From Camelus dromedarius (taxonomy: Eukaryota), in assembly GCF_036321535.1 (NCBI RefSeq), contig NC_087436.1, positions 69,194,001-69,258,000 of the forward strand: a stretch of DNA of 64,000 nt, given 5' to 3'. Shown one piece after another: positions 25,601-39,200 of this stretch. The translations under genes were made by a program, and so were the position numbers. Position 1 is the first letter of the stretch; every line of letters begins with the position of its first letter. Below the pieces are notes generated by a model. The model searched no databases and was not told where the DNA came from. It worked only from the letters and a program-made list of their open reading frames with translations.

Positions 25601-28600
25601 ATTTCATTTTCTTTCTCTTTATTAATTTCTTCCTTCTGCTTCTTTGGTCTTTGTTTTTCTTTTTCTGTTTTTTGTATGTAGTAGGCTAAACTGTTTATTT
25701 GAGATTTTTTTTGTTTCTTAAAGAAGGCCTGCATGACTATGACCTTCCCTCTTAGAACAGCTTTTGGTGTATCCTAGAGATTTTATAAAGTTGTGCTTTC
25801 ATTTTCATTTGTCTTGTGATATTTTCTCATGTCTTCTTTGATTTCATCATTGACCCATTGGCTCTTTGGTAGCGTGTTGTTTATTCTCAACATGTTCATT
25901 CTTTCCTTCTTTTTCTTTCTGTAAGTGATTTCTAGTTTCTTAACATTGTGGTTTAATACATGCTTGATATACTTTCTATCCTCTTTAATTTGTTGAGGCT
26001 TTTTTGTGACCTACTATGTAGTCTTTCCTAGAGACTTCCGTATATGCTTGGAAAGAATGTGTGCTTTGCATTTATGCATGTAATTTCCTATAGATATGAA
26101 TTAAATCCTACTAGTCTCTTGTGTCATTGCGGAGCACTGTTGCCTTATGAATTTTCTGTCTGGGTGATCTGTCCATTAATGTCAGTGGGGTGTTAAAACT
26201 CTCATTGTATCATTGTATCCCTGTCAATTTCAGCTTTAATTTCTGTTAATATTTGCTTTATATATTGAGGTGCTCCTGTTTTGATTGTGTATATGGTAGT
26301 GAGGGTTATATCTTCTTCTTTTATTAATTCCTTTATCATTGCATAATGACCGGTTTGTCCTTTGTTATGACCTTTTTCAAAAGTCTATTTTGTCTGATAC
26401 GAGTATTGCTAGCCTTACTTCTTTGTTGTTTCCATTTGCATAAGATACCTTTTTTCATCTCCTTGTTTTAAATTTGTGTGTGTCTTTTGCCTTGAAATAC
26501 GTCTCTTGTAGGCCACATAGTGTAAGTTCTTGTATTTTTTTTACAATCCATTCAGCCAGACTTTTGATTGGAGCATTTAGCTCATTGCATTTAGAGTAAT
26601 TATTTCAAAAGTAGGTACTTATTGCCATTTTTATCCTTGTTTTTCAGTTGCTTTTTTAGTTCTTCTCCATTCACCACTTCTTTTTGTCTTTCCTTTTGTG
26701 GTTTGATAATTTTGTTTCACAGTATGCATGAGTTCTTTAATTTTTAGCTTTTTAAAATCTATGTATGGTTTTGATTGGTGGTTACCTTGGGATTTATTTA
26801 TGTTGACCCATAAATATGTCTATTTGCTTTAAACTGATAATTATTTAAGTTCAGTCACACTCTAAAAGGTCTTTATTGTCTATTCCTCTTTCCCACATTT
26901 TGTTATTTATGTCCTTTTTTTAATCACCATGCTTGTATATCTACTGTTTATTGTAGTTGAGTTGCTTTTACAATTTTTTGTTTGCTTTGTATTCTATGAA
27001 CTGGCGTATTTAAGTGATACTCAGTCATTACTATGTATTTTCTTGCTATTGGAATTTTCCCTTCAGAAAAATTTTTGCTTCTTTTTCATGTAGGGAAGAC
27101 CCTTCAACATTTCTTTTAGGGTAGGTTTAGTACTGCCGAATTGTTTTAGTTTTTACATGTCTCATAAATTCTTTATCTTTCCTTCTATTCTGAATGATAA
27201 TATTACTGAGCAAAGTATCCTAGGTTGCAGGATTTTCACATTCAGGACTTTGTATATAACATGCCTCTCCCTTACGGTCTGCAAATTTCTTGCTAAGGAA
27301 TCAGCTGATAGACTTTAGGGTGATCCCTTCAAAATGACTCCTTATTTTTTCTTGTGCTTTTGCATTCTGTCTTTATTATTAACTTTTGCTATGTTAATTA
27401 TATGTATTTTTGTGTGTCTTTTTGGGTTCACTGTTTCATACCCTTCTGCTTCTTGTACCTTGGTATCTGTTTCTTTCTTTAGTTTTGGCAAGTTTCCATC
27501 CATAATTTCTTCACATACATTAATCCACTTCTTTGTCTCTTCTTTCTCTGAAATCTCTATTATATATAAGTTGGCATGTTTTATACAATTATATGTATCT
27601 CATATGTTGCTTTTATTTAAAAAAATCTTTTCTGTCTGCTAGCCTGAGTGGCTGATTTCCATTATTTTATCTTCCAGATCACTTATTCATTGTTTTGTGT
27701 TTTGTAATCATCTATCCATCACTTTTACAGTGAGTTTTATCTCATAAATTGAATTATCTATTTTCATTAGTTGATCATCATAAATCCCCTCTCCTTGATC
27801 AAAATCTGTATTTATATCTGTTAGTATTCTTAATTCATGTAGGTTTTTTATCACATCCTTTTTGAACTCAGGGTCTGATAAACTTGTGTTTCTGTGTCAT
27901 TATTTATTCTTTAGGAGGATTTCTTTTACTCTTTCAATTGGGGATGTTACTTCTGCTTTGTCATTTCAGTGAATGTTCTCTGTCTTCGTGAATTTAGGAG
28001 AAACTTCTCTACTGTGGTCTTGAAGAGGTGTTTTTATCTGGGAGAGTCCCTGTGTAGACTACATGTTTCCCGTGTCTCTGGTGTGCGCACTCGTTTGGAA
28101 ATGCTAGTCAGCCACATCTTTCAACAGATTGTGATGGCCATTATCATGTTGATGGGGGGGTTGTTGCTGTTGGAGTGTCTAAAACCTGTGTAGAGTGTGA
28201 GGCATGACTATTTCTCTGCTCCATGTCTGTTACCACCTTGTCAGGGGTAGTATCTTCTTCCCAGGTGTTGGAATAGAAGCTTGGAGATTCCAGCACAATC
28301 AGGGTCCTTTCTTATTGATAGTATTCCTAAACCCAAGGGTGGGGAGTGCTAAAGCATGTGAAGCCTTTGTGTTCAGAGAAGTCAGATATACCACCTGTGT
28401 AGGCATCTTTGGCTCTGCTCAGGTGCAGCCCAAGTTTGTATCTTGTACCTTGTTGTGGTTGTACCAGATAATAGTGCAAGGCTGTGTTGTGGAGTAAGAG
28501 GGGCCAAAGTACTTGGCCAGATGTTAGAGGGATGTGTCATACTGGTCCCTGTGGATCTTGAAACACTACCTAATCAGCACCAACATTCGCAGCAGCCTCC

Positions 28601-29213
28601 CCCAACCTGCCCCCCAGACCACACCCAAGGCCCATGCCTCCACTGCATAGCTAGACTGAGTCTTTTTCCAGGGTCCAGCTGTCCCAGATCCAGAGCCAAG
28701 ATGTGGTGTGGAATGAACTGGGCTGAGATGCTTGCCCACTCAGATTCTAGAGTATTGCAAGCAGGCATCTGCCACTGTAGAATGTCCTTACTGTTTGTTG
28801 GCAAGCCAACATGTATACTTTCTTTGAGAGTGGAGTATAGGATAGTCTAGCCCTGTTATTTGTTTCATTAGTTCCCCAGCATCCAAAGGGGTTATTTCCT
28901 CCATATAGGACACCAGGGCTGGAATGCCCAGTCTGGTGCTCCATAGTGAGTTCTCCAAGCTCAGAAGAGGCTCCACCTGTGAGGGCCTTCTCTTCTTTTC
29001 AAATTCCTCACAGGGGCAGAGGCCCCAACCCTTTACTTTTTTTCCATTCTACCCACTTACGTGGAACTCTTTCTTGTAGCTTTGTTTTTGTAGGAGTTCT
29101 GTATGTTTACAGGTAGTTTTCTGTGACATTTGTTCCACATGAAGATGTATTTTTGATGTGTTTGTGGGTGAAGTGAGCTGTGTGTCCTCCTACTCTGTCA
29201 TCTTGACACAATC
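22610..29213 (-). mobile_element. Second near full-length, older decayed LINE-1
   Basis: ORF2 peptides at 22910-23200 (PMFIAAVFVITKTWKQ), 23944-24362 and 25549-25734; 5' end CAAGATGACAGAGTAGGAGG near 29200. Confidence 0.88.
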
Positions 29214-29389
29214 TTGTAACTTAAATTTTATAACTACATATTTACAGAAAATGCTGTTATTATAATCATTTACAGTTGAAATATGACACACTAAAATATG
29301 TTACATAAATGAGTACTAAAATTATTTCTATGCATTTAAATGGGAACAGTGCATGTAAATTACATTTCACTATATACACCAACTACGTT

Positions 29390-29580
29390 TAGTGCTTTAC
29401 AAGGTTAGTATAATCAGACTTTCAACAACTCCATGAAGTGGTTAATACCATTACTTTATCTGCATTTCACTGATGGTGCAGCTGAATCATAGGAAGGTGA
29501 CATGCCCAACCCCGCATAACTCTGGTAGTTTTGTAGACTTAAATCCATGCTACCTGAGTACAGAGTGTAACCACTTAACC
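29390..29580 (-). mobile_element. MIR remnant; paralogue at about 59670-59870
   Basis: gtgctttac...caactccatgaagt...catttcactgatg resembles the MIR core. Confidence 0.55.
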
Positions 29581-29694
29581 GTTTTGATACAATGGATCCC
29601 CTTTTTGGGTTGTAGTTTTTCAAAATGTAACATTGATAATTTCCCATTATTAAGCTATATCTTAAATTTTAATATTATGGCAAAAGTATAATTT

Positions 29695-30350
29695 TTTTCC
29701 AGTTGTATATTGCTGCATAAAAAAATGCCCTTAAAAGTAGGGATTTAGAACAGCAGTACTCATTTTATTTTTATCTATTACAGTTGTGGGTGTTGTGTAG
29801 GCTCAGCTAAGTGATTATTGTAGGATGTTTCTCAGGTGGTTACAGTCTTGTGGCTGGGGTTGTAATTATGTAGACATAGCTGGTGATTGGTTTGAGAAGA
29901 CTCAATCTGTTGGAAGGTCAAAGTTCTGGGACTTCTTAGGCATATCTATGAACTTTCCACAAATGATCATTTACGACGGGGAGTTTGGGTGTGGTGCAGG
30001 GCTCCATGCTGAGTATGGAGCTACGGAGGGAGAGAGAGACAGAGAGTGAGACAAAGAAAGAAATAGACAATGTGTTGCATTTTGTAACTGAGTATTGGAG
30101 GTTAGACTGGAACATTTGTGAGACAGCAACAAAATTTTCTTTTTAAATTTTTCTTTTAAAGTTTTTGGAGGGTAGGTAATTAAGTTTATTTATTTATTTT
30201 AATGGCAGTACTGGGATTTGAACCCAGGACCTTGTGCATGCTAAGCATGCACCCTCCACCTGAGCTATACCCTTCCCTTCCCAGCAACAAGACTTCCCAA
30301 AGTTCAAAAGAGAGGAAATTTCTTGATGGGAGAGGTATCAAAGATTTTTG
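29695..30350. mobile_element. MaLR (MLT1-like) solo LTR remnant interrupted by a SINE; paralogue at about 59985-60640
   Basis: tattgctgcataa...aaaagtagggatttagaacagca...ggctcagct and cttgatgggag are MLT1-type motifs. Confidence 0.55.
30140..30281 (-). mobile_element. tRNA-derived SINE (camelid Vic-1-like) with TSD cagcaacaa
   Basis: Minus strand GGGAAGGGTATAGCTCAGGTGGAGGGTGCATGCTTAGCATGCACAAGGTCCTGGGTTCAAATCCCAGTAC, then an AAAT-rich tail; cagcaacaa on both sides. Confidence 0.88.
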
Positions 30351-32750
30351 TCATATCTCAAAAACAATATAAATGTAAGTATTTGAAGTAAGCCAGCAGA
30401 GGTGCTTGAGCTATTTTAAAATTACTTCAATATTGGCATTAAAACCACAATCATTAAATCTTTGTGAGTTAAGTTTTTTAAAACTATTGAAATTGCAAAT
30501 ATATGTTGTAATATATTTATCTATAATATGTAAAATGTGTAGTTGGTGTACTAAAAAACAGCTCTAATTTGATATATTTCATATGTCAAATTTCTAGTCA
30601 TTTCAAGTGCTCTGAATGAAACTAATAAATTGGTAACAAGATATCAAAAATTGTAGAACTTAATATCTTGAATGAATATGTTATTTTCACTAATAATTTT
30701 TAAACCATGTAAATAAGAAATGAAAACATTATTGTGAAAGGTCAAATAATGATGTCTAGAGAATAAAAATTTAAATTCTCATCATTGGGAATTCAGTATA
30801 TTCTTTAAGAGCATTTCTTCTGTGGTTTATAAATTTACATACATGTAATTTTATTTCCAAAGGAGAATGTCATACTTTCTTTGTTTGTAATCTCTGTACG
30901 TGTTCTTTATTTAGTAAGTGACATGGAGAGCATTCAACAACATGGCCCATAATCTATCCGTTTCCTCTCATAGCTGTATAACCCATACCTATGTTGTAGT
31001 TAAGTGTGTTTACTAGTGGATAGCCATTTAAGTTCTAGTGGAATATTCAGAATATAATAATGAACATACGCAAGTTTTTCTGCATTCCTAGATGTAGAGT
31101 TGCAATTGTCAAACACTGTTTATATTTTATTTACAAGAGTATTTCCACAGTATACTTCCAGAAAAAATAGTGATCCCAGATTGTTTTTTCCATAAATCAT
31201 CTGTAGACAAATAATTTATTGACAGTTCCCATTTCCCAATTCACCAGTGGCCTGTGTCAACATTTGTATCTCATTGGCAATTTCACTTTTGGGAAAATCC
31301 TGTTCATATGCTTCATCTATTTTCATTGTGACTGTTTGACTTTTTATTGAAGGTAAGTAGTGGTGATCACTGTACAGTGACTATGAATCCTATTTGTGTT
31401 ACACATGTTGCAGAATCAATTTGAAGAAAAGTATTTAAGCCTAGATGCATCATTTAACAATATTATCTACTATGGTGCCGTATTAATTCCATTTTTTTTT
31501 TTACAAAAGGTTTTATTTATCTGAAAGAGTTGTATGAAAAATTCTGTGGTAAATGTTTTCTAAAGTTCCCTAAGCATCATGTTTTAAGTTATTTTTAAAA
31601 TAAACTATGCCTTAGGCTGAAGAATGTCTGACATATGACTTGGATGATGCTCTTCTTGACCAGTAAGACAAGTAGACTTTTCCTCATCTGGACCATGTCG
31701 ATCATAAAGGGCTTTCCTGATGTGCCGTTTTCAGGATAGCCTTCAGATTTCTTTCCTTTGATTTACTTATTTTCCAAAAAATTTATGTAATTTTTGTATT
31801 CTGCCTATTGTTACTGATTATGTAAGTCATAGTGGGCCTAGGTTTAAAGAAAATGATGCTGTTATTATTTTTGTTGTGACAAAAGATTAAACATTTACAT
31901 TTAAGTATTATGGGAAGGAAGGGGAAATAGGTTCATGAGGAAAGAGACAAAAGAATGACACACATGATGTTAAGTATCATTATATAAAATAATAGTAATT
32001 ATTTCAATCTGTGTTCCACAAACACAGTGAATTTCACAACGTATCTTCAAGCTGCTAAGTGATGCTTTGTATTGTTTTGAAAAAATGTATATAGATATAT
32101 AGATATATAGATATAGACAGGGTATATAGATGTTTTCAGGTACATTTGAAGAGAATGAAAATTCAGTAAGTCCCTTTGGTGTACATGTTACGTATTTTCT
32201 TAATATATAATAGAAAACTTAAATCCATTATCAAAAGCTGAATATGGGAGTGAAAGAGATCAGGTAAATATTTTTTAAATTAAGGAGAAAAAGAAAATTA
32301 AGTCAAGGATTTTCACAAATAGCTCAGTTTTATAATAGGAAGCAGGTAGCAGTTGCTGTATTCCTACTTCCAGAGACATTTCACTGGGACATGAGTTAAA
32401 CTGGATGAAGGCAAATGACTTGCCATGGCTTTAGATAAGTAGTGATTCTGAGGCTGGATACACAGTAAAAACCAAGAAGTGTTAGTGGTCTCACAAATAA
32501 AATGGAAGGGTGAATCTTTTTCACAATTCCAATTATTGGAACACTTTTTGTGGTAAGATAACGTAATAAAATTCCAGAACAAAATAAATTTACAATTTTC
32601 AGATTATCTTCAAAATAATATGGATAATATAAGTAGACTTGTTATTTTATTATGTATATGCACACCCTGTGAAAGACAGTTAAATTCAATAATTTCTTTT
32701 TAGTAAAATTTTGAATTAAACTAATCAATTTCAATATATACCTATATAGT

Positions 32751-32762
32751 TTTATTTTTATT
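32751..32762 (-). terminator. Candidate polyadenylation signals for gene B (two adjacent AATAAA; another at 32646-32651)
   Basis: tttatt hexamers on the plus strand about 220 nt past the stop codon; the region is AT-rich, so specificity is low. Confidence 0.4.
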
Positions 32763-32973
32763 TAATTTTCAGCAGCTTTTCTCTTTTCATAACATATTTC
32801 TAACTCTCAAGCAGGAAGAAAATCCCTTGAAAGCAAATTTTGATCTTTGATGCTAAATTGTAAAAAGTCCTTTTGTCACAGGAGGACAGGAACCTCATCA
32901 TAACTCCTTCTTGCTGGAATCAACTGAAACAGATCCATGTATGGGGTGTTCCTGCTTCAGGCCTCAGATAGAG

Positions 32974-33253
32974 TTACTCCTTTTTTTCCTTCTTTCCTGC
33001 TATAGGAAACTTCTGGCAGCAAAACAGACAGCATTTTGTGATGACCAAGAGAGCAGCTGCCACACAGGCCAGCAGGAACCCAATCACATCCAGAGAGTGG
33101 TACTGGTACCAGGTGAGGTCGTGAGCGGCTGGCCGCAGGTGCTTGGCTCCTTTGTGGCGCATGACAAACTCGATCCAGAAGACTGCTCGGTCCAGGGGCT
33201 TTATAGGTTGATCGTGTTGAATGGTTGATAACCTCATAGCATTCTGCTTGTAG
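32974..33253 (-). CDS. UGT2B: UGT2B gene B exon 6 (TM helix, ER-retrieval tail, stop)
   Basis: [92 protein letters not shown]; 280 nt. Confidence 0.96.
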
Positions 33254-36200
33254 CTGAAGGAAAAGCAGATGTTAATTTTTAGAATAAACTAGAAAAGATA
33301 CATATGTGGAATTTTCATGCACGTGGTAAAAATGTGTGCCACATTGAATGGAAGAAAAATAGATTATTTTTCTCAGAGATGATTATAGATCCTAGCTTAT
33401 GTGCTAGAATTTGTTGAATGCATAGAATTTCAAGCTATGGAGAAAAGAGAGAAATTAGGAGAGGACAGGTATTTGTAGCGAAAACAATGGAATGGGTTAG
33501 GTCCTGATGTTGAAATAAAAGAACAGAAAAGATATACATGATTTGAGTGTTCACAGTTTGTATTATCTAGGAAGGAATTTTTTTTCTTTGTATATAATGA
33601 CAACAAAAAATTTTTTTATATTGAGGTATAGTCAGTTTACAAAGTTGTATCAAGTTCTGATGTACAGTATAATTCTTCAGCCATCCATGCATATACATAT
33701 ATTCATTTTCATATTCTTTTTTGCCATAAGCTACCACAGAATATTGAATATATTTCCCTGTGCTACATAGTATAAGCTTGTTATTTATCTACTTTATATA
33801 TACCAGTCAATATATGCCAATCTCGAACTCCCAGTTTATCTCTTCCCACTCTCTTCCCCCCCGGCAACCGCCAGTCTTTATTCTATGTCTGTGAGTTTGT
33901 TTCTATTTTATATATACACATTCATTTCTTTTTTTTTTTTTTTTAGTTTCCACATATAAATGATAACATATGGTATTTTTCTTTGTCTTTCTGGCTTGCT
34001 TCACTTAGGATGACACTCTCCAGGGCCATCCATGTTGCTGCAAATGGCATTATCTAATCGTTTTTTATGACTGAGTAGTATTCCACTGTACAAATATACC
34101 ATAACTTCATTATCCAGTCATTTGTTGATGGACATTTAGGTTGTTTTCATGTCTTAGCTATTGTAAATAGTGCTGCTGTGAACACTGGGGTGCAGGTGTC
34201 TTTGAATTAGGTTCCTTCTGGATATATGCCCAGGAGCAGGATTCCTGGATCATATGGTAAGTCTGTTTTCAGTCTTTTGTGGAATCTCCTTACTGTTTTC
34301 CACAATGGCTGCACCAAACTGCATTTAGTAAGGAATTGTTAATAGACCTGTTAGACAAGTTTTAAAATACTATCATAATCCAGAGATAGGAGGAAAATCC
34401 ATGTTGAGATTCAGAGGTATGTCCAGTCGGGGCTGGTGAGCAGTTGGTATTTAGCATGAATTGGTATTTATCTTCTATTAGTGAAGTGGTGGTTAAAAGT
34501 TTGGAAGTGATTGCCTTGTTTTGAATCCTGACTCTGACATTTGCCTTGATGTCTGCTGTGTTATTCTTTCCTTAGGTTTTCATTGATAAATGGGATGGAT
34601 AGGAATGGTATCTGATCTGATTATTTGGAGGAATAGTATATCAATTCTTAAGTATTCTTGGCATACAGTAGACTCTTAGTAAACGTTTGCTAGTATTGGT
34701 GGTGTTTTTCTTGTGAGTGATTTTAGAATCTGGTGAGTGCTCAACATTTCACTTTCTGGCATTGCAGTTGCATTTGTCTCTAGTGTTGGAATGACCATGG
34801 ACTAACAGACAAGGAGGAAGGGAGGAATAAAGAGATATGGCTCACAAACTCTAAATCACGAAGTGCAGTAGCATGGCACTGAAGCAATAACAAGGAGGTA
34901 AAATCTCTTTGTGTTCTGTATAAAGCACAGGAGGAGCCTTGGGTTTTTCAGAGGAGACACTTATGTGACATTTTTGTAATACAATAGGGAAACACTACCA
35001 TGAAGAAGGTACTTAATATGTGCAAAGGACTTAATACAATGTGTAGCATATAGCAAACATTCTGTATCTAGCAGCTAATAAATTATCTTCATTTTTGACA
35101 CCAGCTTTACATTATTAAAAATTTAAAGTGGTATAATCTTTCCAAGAGTTACACTTTTACATTAAACTGCCAAATGAATCATATATTTCTTTAAAATTAG
35201 AAAGTGTGCTGCTTATGCTGTTCAGTTAGGACAATAGTTGTGTTAAAATTTAAATAAATAACACTGTTTTTAGGTAGCAGGATAGAAGTTTAACACACAG
35301 AAATCTGTTGCATTTCTTCACACTAATTATGAAATATCAGAAAAGGAAATTTTCACAAAAATCATGTCAGAAAAAAATAAAATATTTATGAATAAACCTG
35401 ACGAAGCAGGTGAAAGACTTAGAGGCAGAGAAGTATTAAACATTGATTAAGGAAATTAAAGATGACTTAAAGAAATGCAAAGATATCCCATACTCTTGGA
35501 TTGGAAGATTTAATGTAGTTAAAGTGGTCACACTACCAAAGCATTCTACTGATTTAATGGGGTCCCAATCAAATTACCCAGGATGTTTTTTTCACAGAAC
35601 TGGAATTAATAATTCTAACATTTATATGGAATCACAAACAACCCAGAATTTCCAAAGTGATATTGAAGAAAAAGAACAAAGTTGGAAAAATAACCCTCTA
35701 AGACTTCAGACAGTACTGCAAAGTTACCGTAATCAAAAGAATGTGGTACTGACACACAAAATAAGACATATGGATCAATCGATCAAAATACAGAGCCCGG
35801 AAATAAACATACATACATACAGTCAATTAATCTTTGACAAAGTAGGCAAGAATATAAAATGGAGAAAATACAGCCTGTTCAGCAAGTGGTGCTGGGAAAG
35901 CTGGATATTCAAAACCAGTGAAGTTGTAACATTACCCCACACCATACACAAAAATAAACTCAAAATAGCTTAAAGACTTAAACATAAGTCACTATAATCC
36001 CCCTAGACGAAAACATAGGGAAAACATTCTCTGACATAAATCTTAGCAGTTTCCTCCTATGAAATCATGTCTACTAAGACAATAGAAATAAAAGCAAAAA
36101 TAAACAAATGGTACCTACTGAAACTTGTAAGGTTTTCCACAATAAAGGAAACTGTAAACAAAACCAAAAGACAACCTACACAATGGGAGAAAATATTTTC

Positions 36201-39200
36201 AAATTATGCGACTGACAAGGGCTTAATTTCCAGAATATACAAACAGCTCATACCACTGAATAACAAAAAAACAAACAACTCAATTCAAAAATGAGCAGAA
36301 GAGCTAAACAAATATTTCTGCAATGAAGACATATAAATTGCCAATGAGCACATAAAAAATGCTCAGTATAGGTAATTATCAGAGTAATTCAAATCAAAAT
36401 TACAATGAGGTATCATATCACACTGGTTAGAATGGCCATCATTAAAAAGTCTGCAAAGGACAAATGGTAAAGAGGATGTGGAGAAAAGGAACCCTCCTAC
36501 TCTGTTGGTAGAATGTAGTTTGGTGCACCCATTTTGAAAAACAGTATGGAGATTCCTTAAAAAACTAAAGCAAAAGTTACCATATGATCCAGCAATCTCA
36601 CTCCTGGGTATATATTTGGAGAAAACTCTAATTTGAAAGCTTCATGTACCTCAGTGTTCATAGCAGCACCATTTACAGTAACAAAGACATGGAAGCAATC
36701 TAAATGTCCATGGACAGATAATTGGATAAAGAAGTTGTGGTATATATATATAGAATCATACCCAGGTATAAAAAAGAAAAGAATAAAATAATGCCATTTT
36801 CAGCAACATATATGGATCTGGAGATTGTCATAAAGACAGGATGGAAGAAAGAAAGACAAATACCATATGATATCACTTATATGTTGAATGTAAAAAAACT
36901 GACACAAATGGACACATCTACAAAACACAAACAAATACACAGACATGGAAATTGAACTTAAGTTTACTAGAGGGAGTGGGTTGGAAATGGAGGATAAACC
37001 AAGGATTTGGAATTTGCAGATATTAACTACTATGTATAAAATAGATAAACAACAAGGTCTTATTGTATAGCTTAGGGAACTACATTTATTAACTTCTAAT
37101 AGCCTATAATGAGAACAATTATGAAAAAGGATATATATAAACACACACACACAAACAAACGCATACATATACATACGTACATCATACAATAACTGAAACA
37201 CTATGAAACACCATAAATTAACACTACATTGTAAACCGACTATGTCAGTTAAAAAAATAAAATAACACTGCTATTAAAGCCAAAATGTCAACTTTGCTAT
37301 TATTACGAACACATTCACAAAAAGTTTTCTATTCAAAGTCATTATGAAACAAAAGGGAGAAAATACATACAGTAGTTGTGATAATAATGGTAATAATATT
37401 ACTGAAATTCATGTAAATCCTCAAATGATTTGGAAACCAAATACGATCGCTTTGAAATAGGAATATCCAAACATGTTTTCCAAATAGACAAATAGAAGTA
37501 TAACCAAAATATCTATGAATATACCTACATTCATAAGTAGTCTCTAAATAGTTGTAATTGGGTAAATTAGAAAGATATAGTTGCTTCCATTTATCAGGGA
37601 TGGGATCAAAATATTAGCACAGACTTTGAGATACAGAGAAGAAGCTATCCATCACCAGTGAAGTGGGAGGGGAAACAAAAGGGTGGTGGACTAGGAGATA
37701 CAAACTTTGGATGCAATATGTGTTCAAATATGTTTTGAGCAACAATGGGAAAATAGCCAATAAGTTTTATAACTGTTAAAGGAAAGTAACCTTTCAAAAT
37801 AATATGCAACTAATTAAAAAAAAACAGGAATATCCCAGCATATCTCTTCCAAGTCACTTTCTGATTTCAGTTCTTCCAAATAGTCAAAAAGAGTTATAGC
37901 AAAAAGAACTAAGAATATACCTATGATTTTAAGTAGTGACTACATAGTTGCAGTTGGGTAAATTAGAAGGTTTTGGTTGTTTCCCTTTTATCAGTGATAA
38001 GATCAAAATATTAGCACAGAAAACTTGGGAATTGCTAAATGTAATGAGAAGTTGAGATGGAGTATGTCATGGTGGTTTACTGAAAATAGACATCTTAGAA
38101 GAGCTTAAAATATTTGAGGAGTTCTCATGCTGAAAGAAAGTCATAACTGCGGATGAGTACTCTTACAACGTCATGATTCCCTACTTGAGCTTTGTCCTTT
38201 ATGCTTCCTCTTAATTCTTCTTTCACCATTTCAGTGAGTCTTCTCATTCTAATGATGAGCTCTTTCAAAATTTCTCCATTTTCCTTAAATTTCTGAATAA
38301 GCTTTCTGCTAAAACCATTGCAAACAAACTTAACGTGACACTCACAGTAGGTGATTGTGGACTATTTAAAGCCCTGTGCAACTCTTACTCCTCATTGTGT
38401 TTATGTGAAGATGCATTGCTACCTCCCTGGCCTCCTTATGAGAACTTCTCTAGACAGAGTATGTAGTAGAAAAATATACATATGTACTCACGAAGGATTA
38501 TTAATGACTTGGTTCAATGCATTGAGCAAATCTGTTGTTGACATTGTGTCCAAGTCCAGTCTGGCAGCTGCCCCCTTGGCCGTCATGTGAGCGATGTTAT
38601 CGGGTTGGTCAGCAAACAAAGGAATGCCCACCATAGGGATCCCGTGGTAGATGGCCTCATAAATGCCATTGGCTCCACCATGAGTTATAAAAGCTTTGGT
38701 TTTTGGATGACCTAGGATTGAGTGAATTTCAGTAAAATGATTAATTAATGTTAGAAATCAAATGAGAACTGGCCATTACAAGGCAGTGAAAGAAGCAGTG
38801 TCCTTTCGATAACAGATGATTATACACATGAAACTGCATTTCAACTGCTTTCAGAACTCAGATCAGGAAGCCACTCAGTCTGCTGGAGAGGGAAGTGAAG
38901 CCTTCATGAAAGGAGTGCTGTGTGAGTTGAATTCACAAATGTACTCCAGATTGTCAGGTGAACAAATGGAAAGAACATTCTGGGTGAAAGAAACCACAGA
39001 GCAAGAAAGGGGGAGGATGTGTCAAAAATACAGTCTCTTAAGGAAATAGTGAAGTCATTTAGTCTGATAGGAAGGGTGTCAAGGCAACAGGAAGGGGAAT
39101 GTTCGTGCACTGGGACCAGAGGAAGGAAAAGCTACATTTTATCATGAAATGTGTTATAACTTCTTGAAAACATTGTGAAGTATTTTCCTATAGAACATGG

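Noticed and set aside
30200..30281. tRNA-like sequence
   Set aside because: SINE head with AT-rich tail and TSD, not a tRNA gene.
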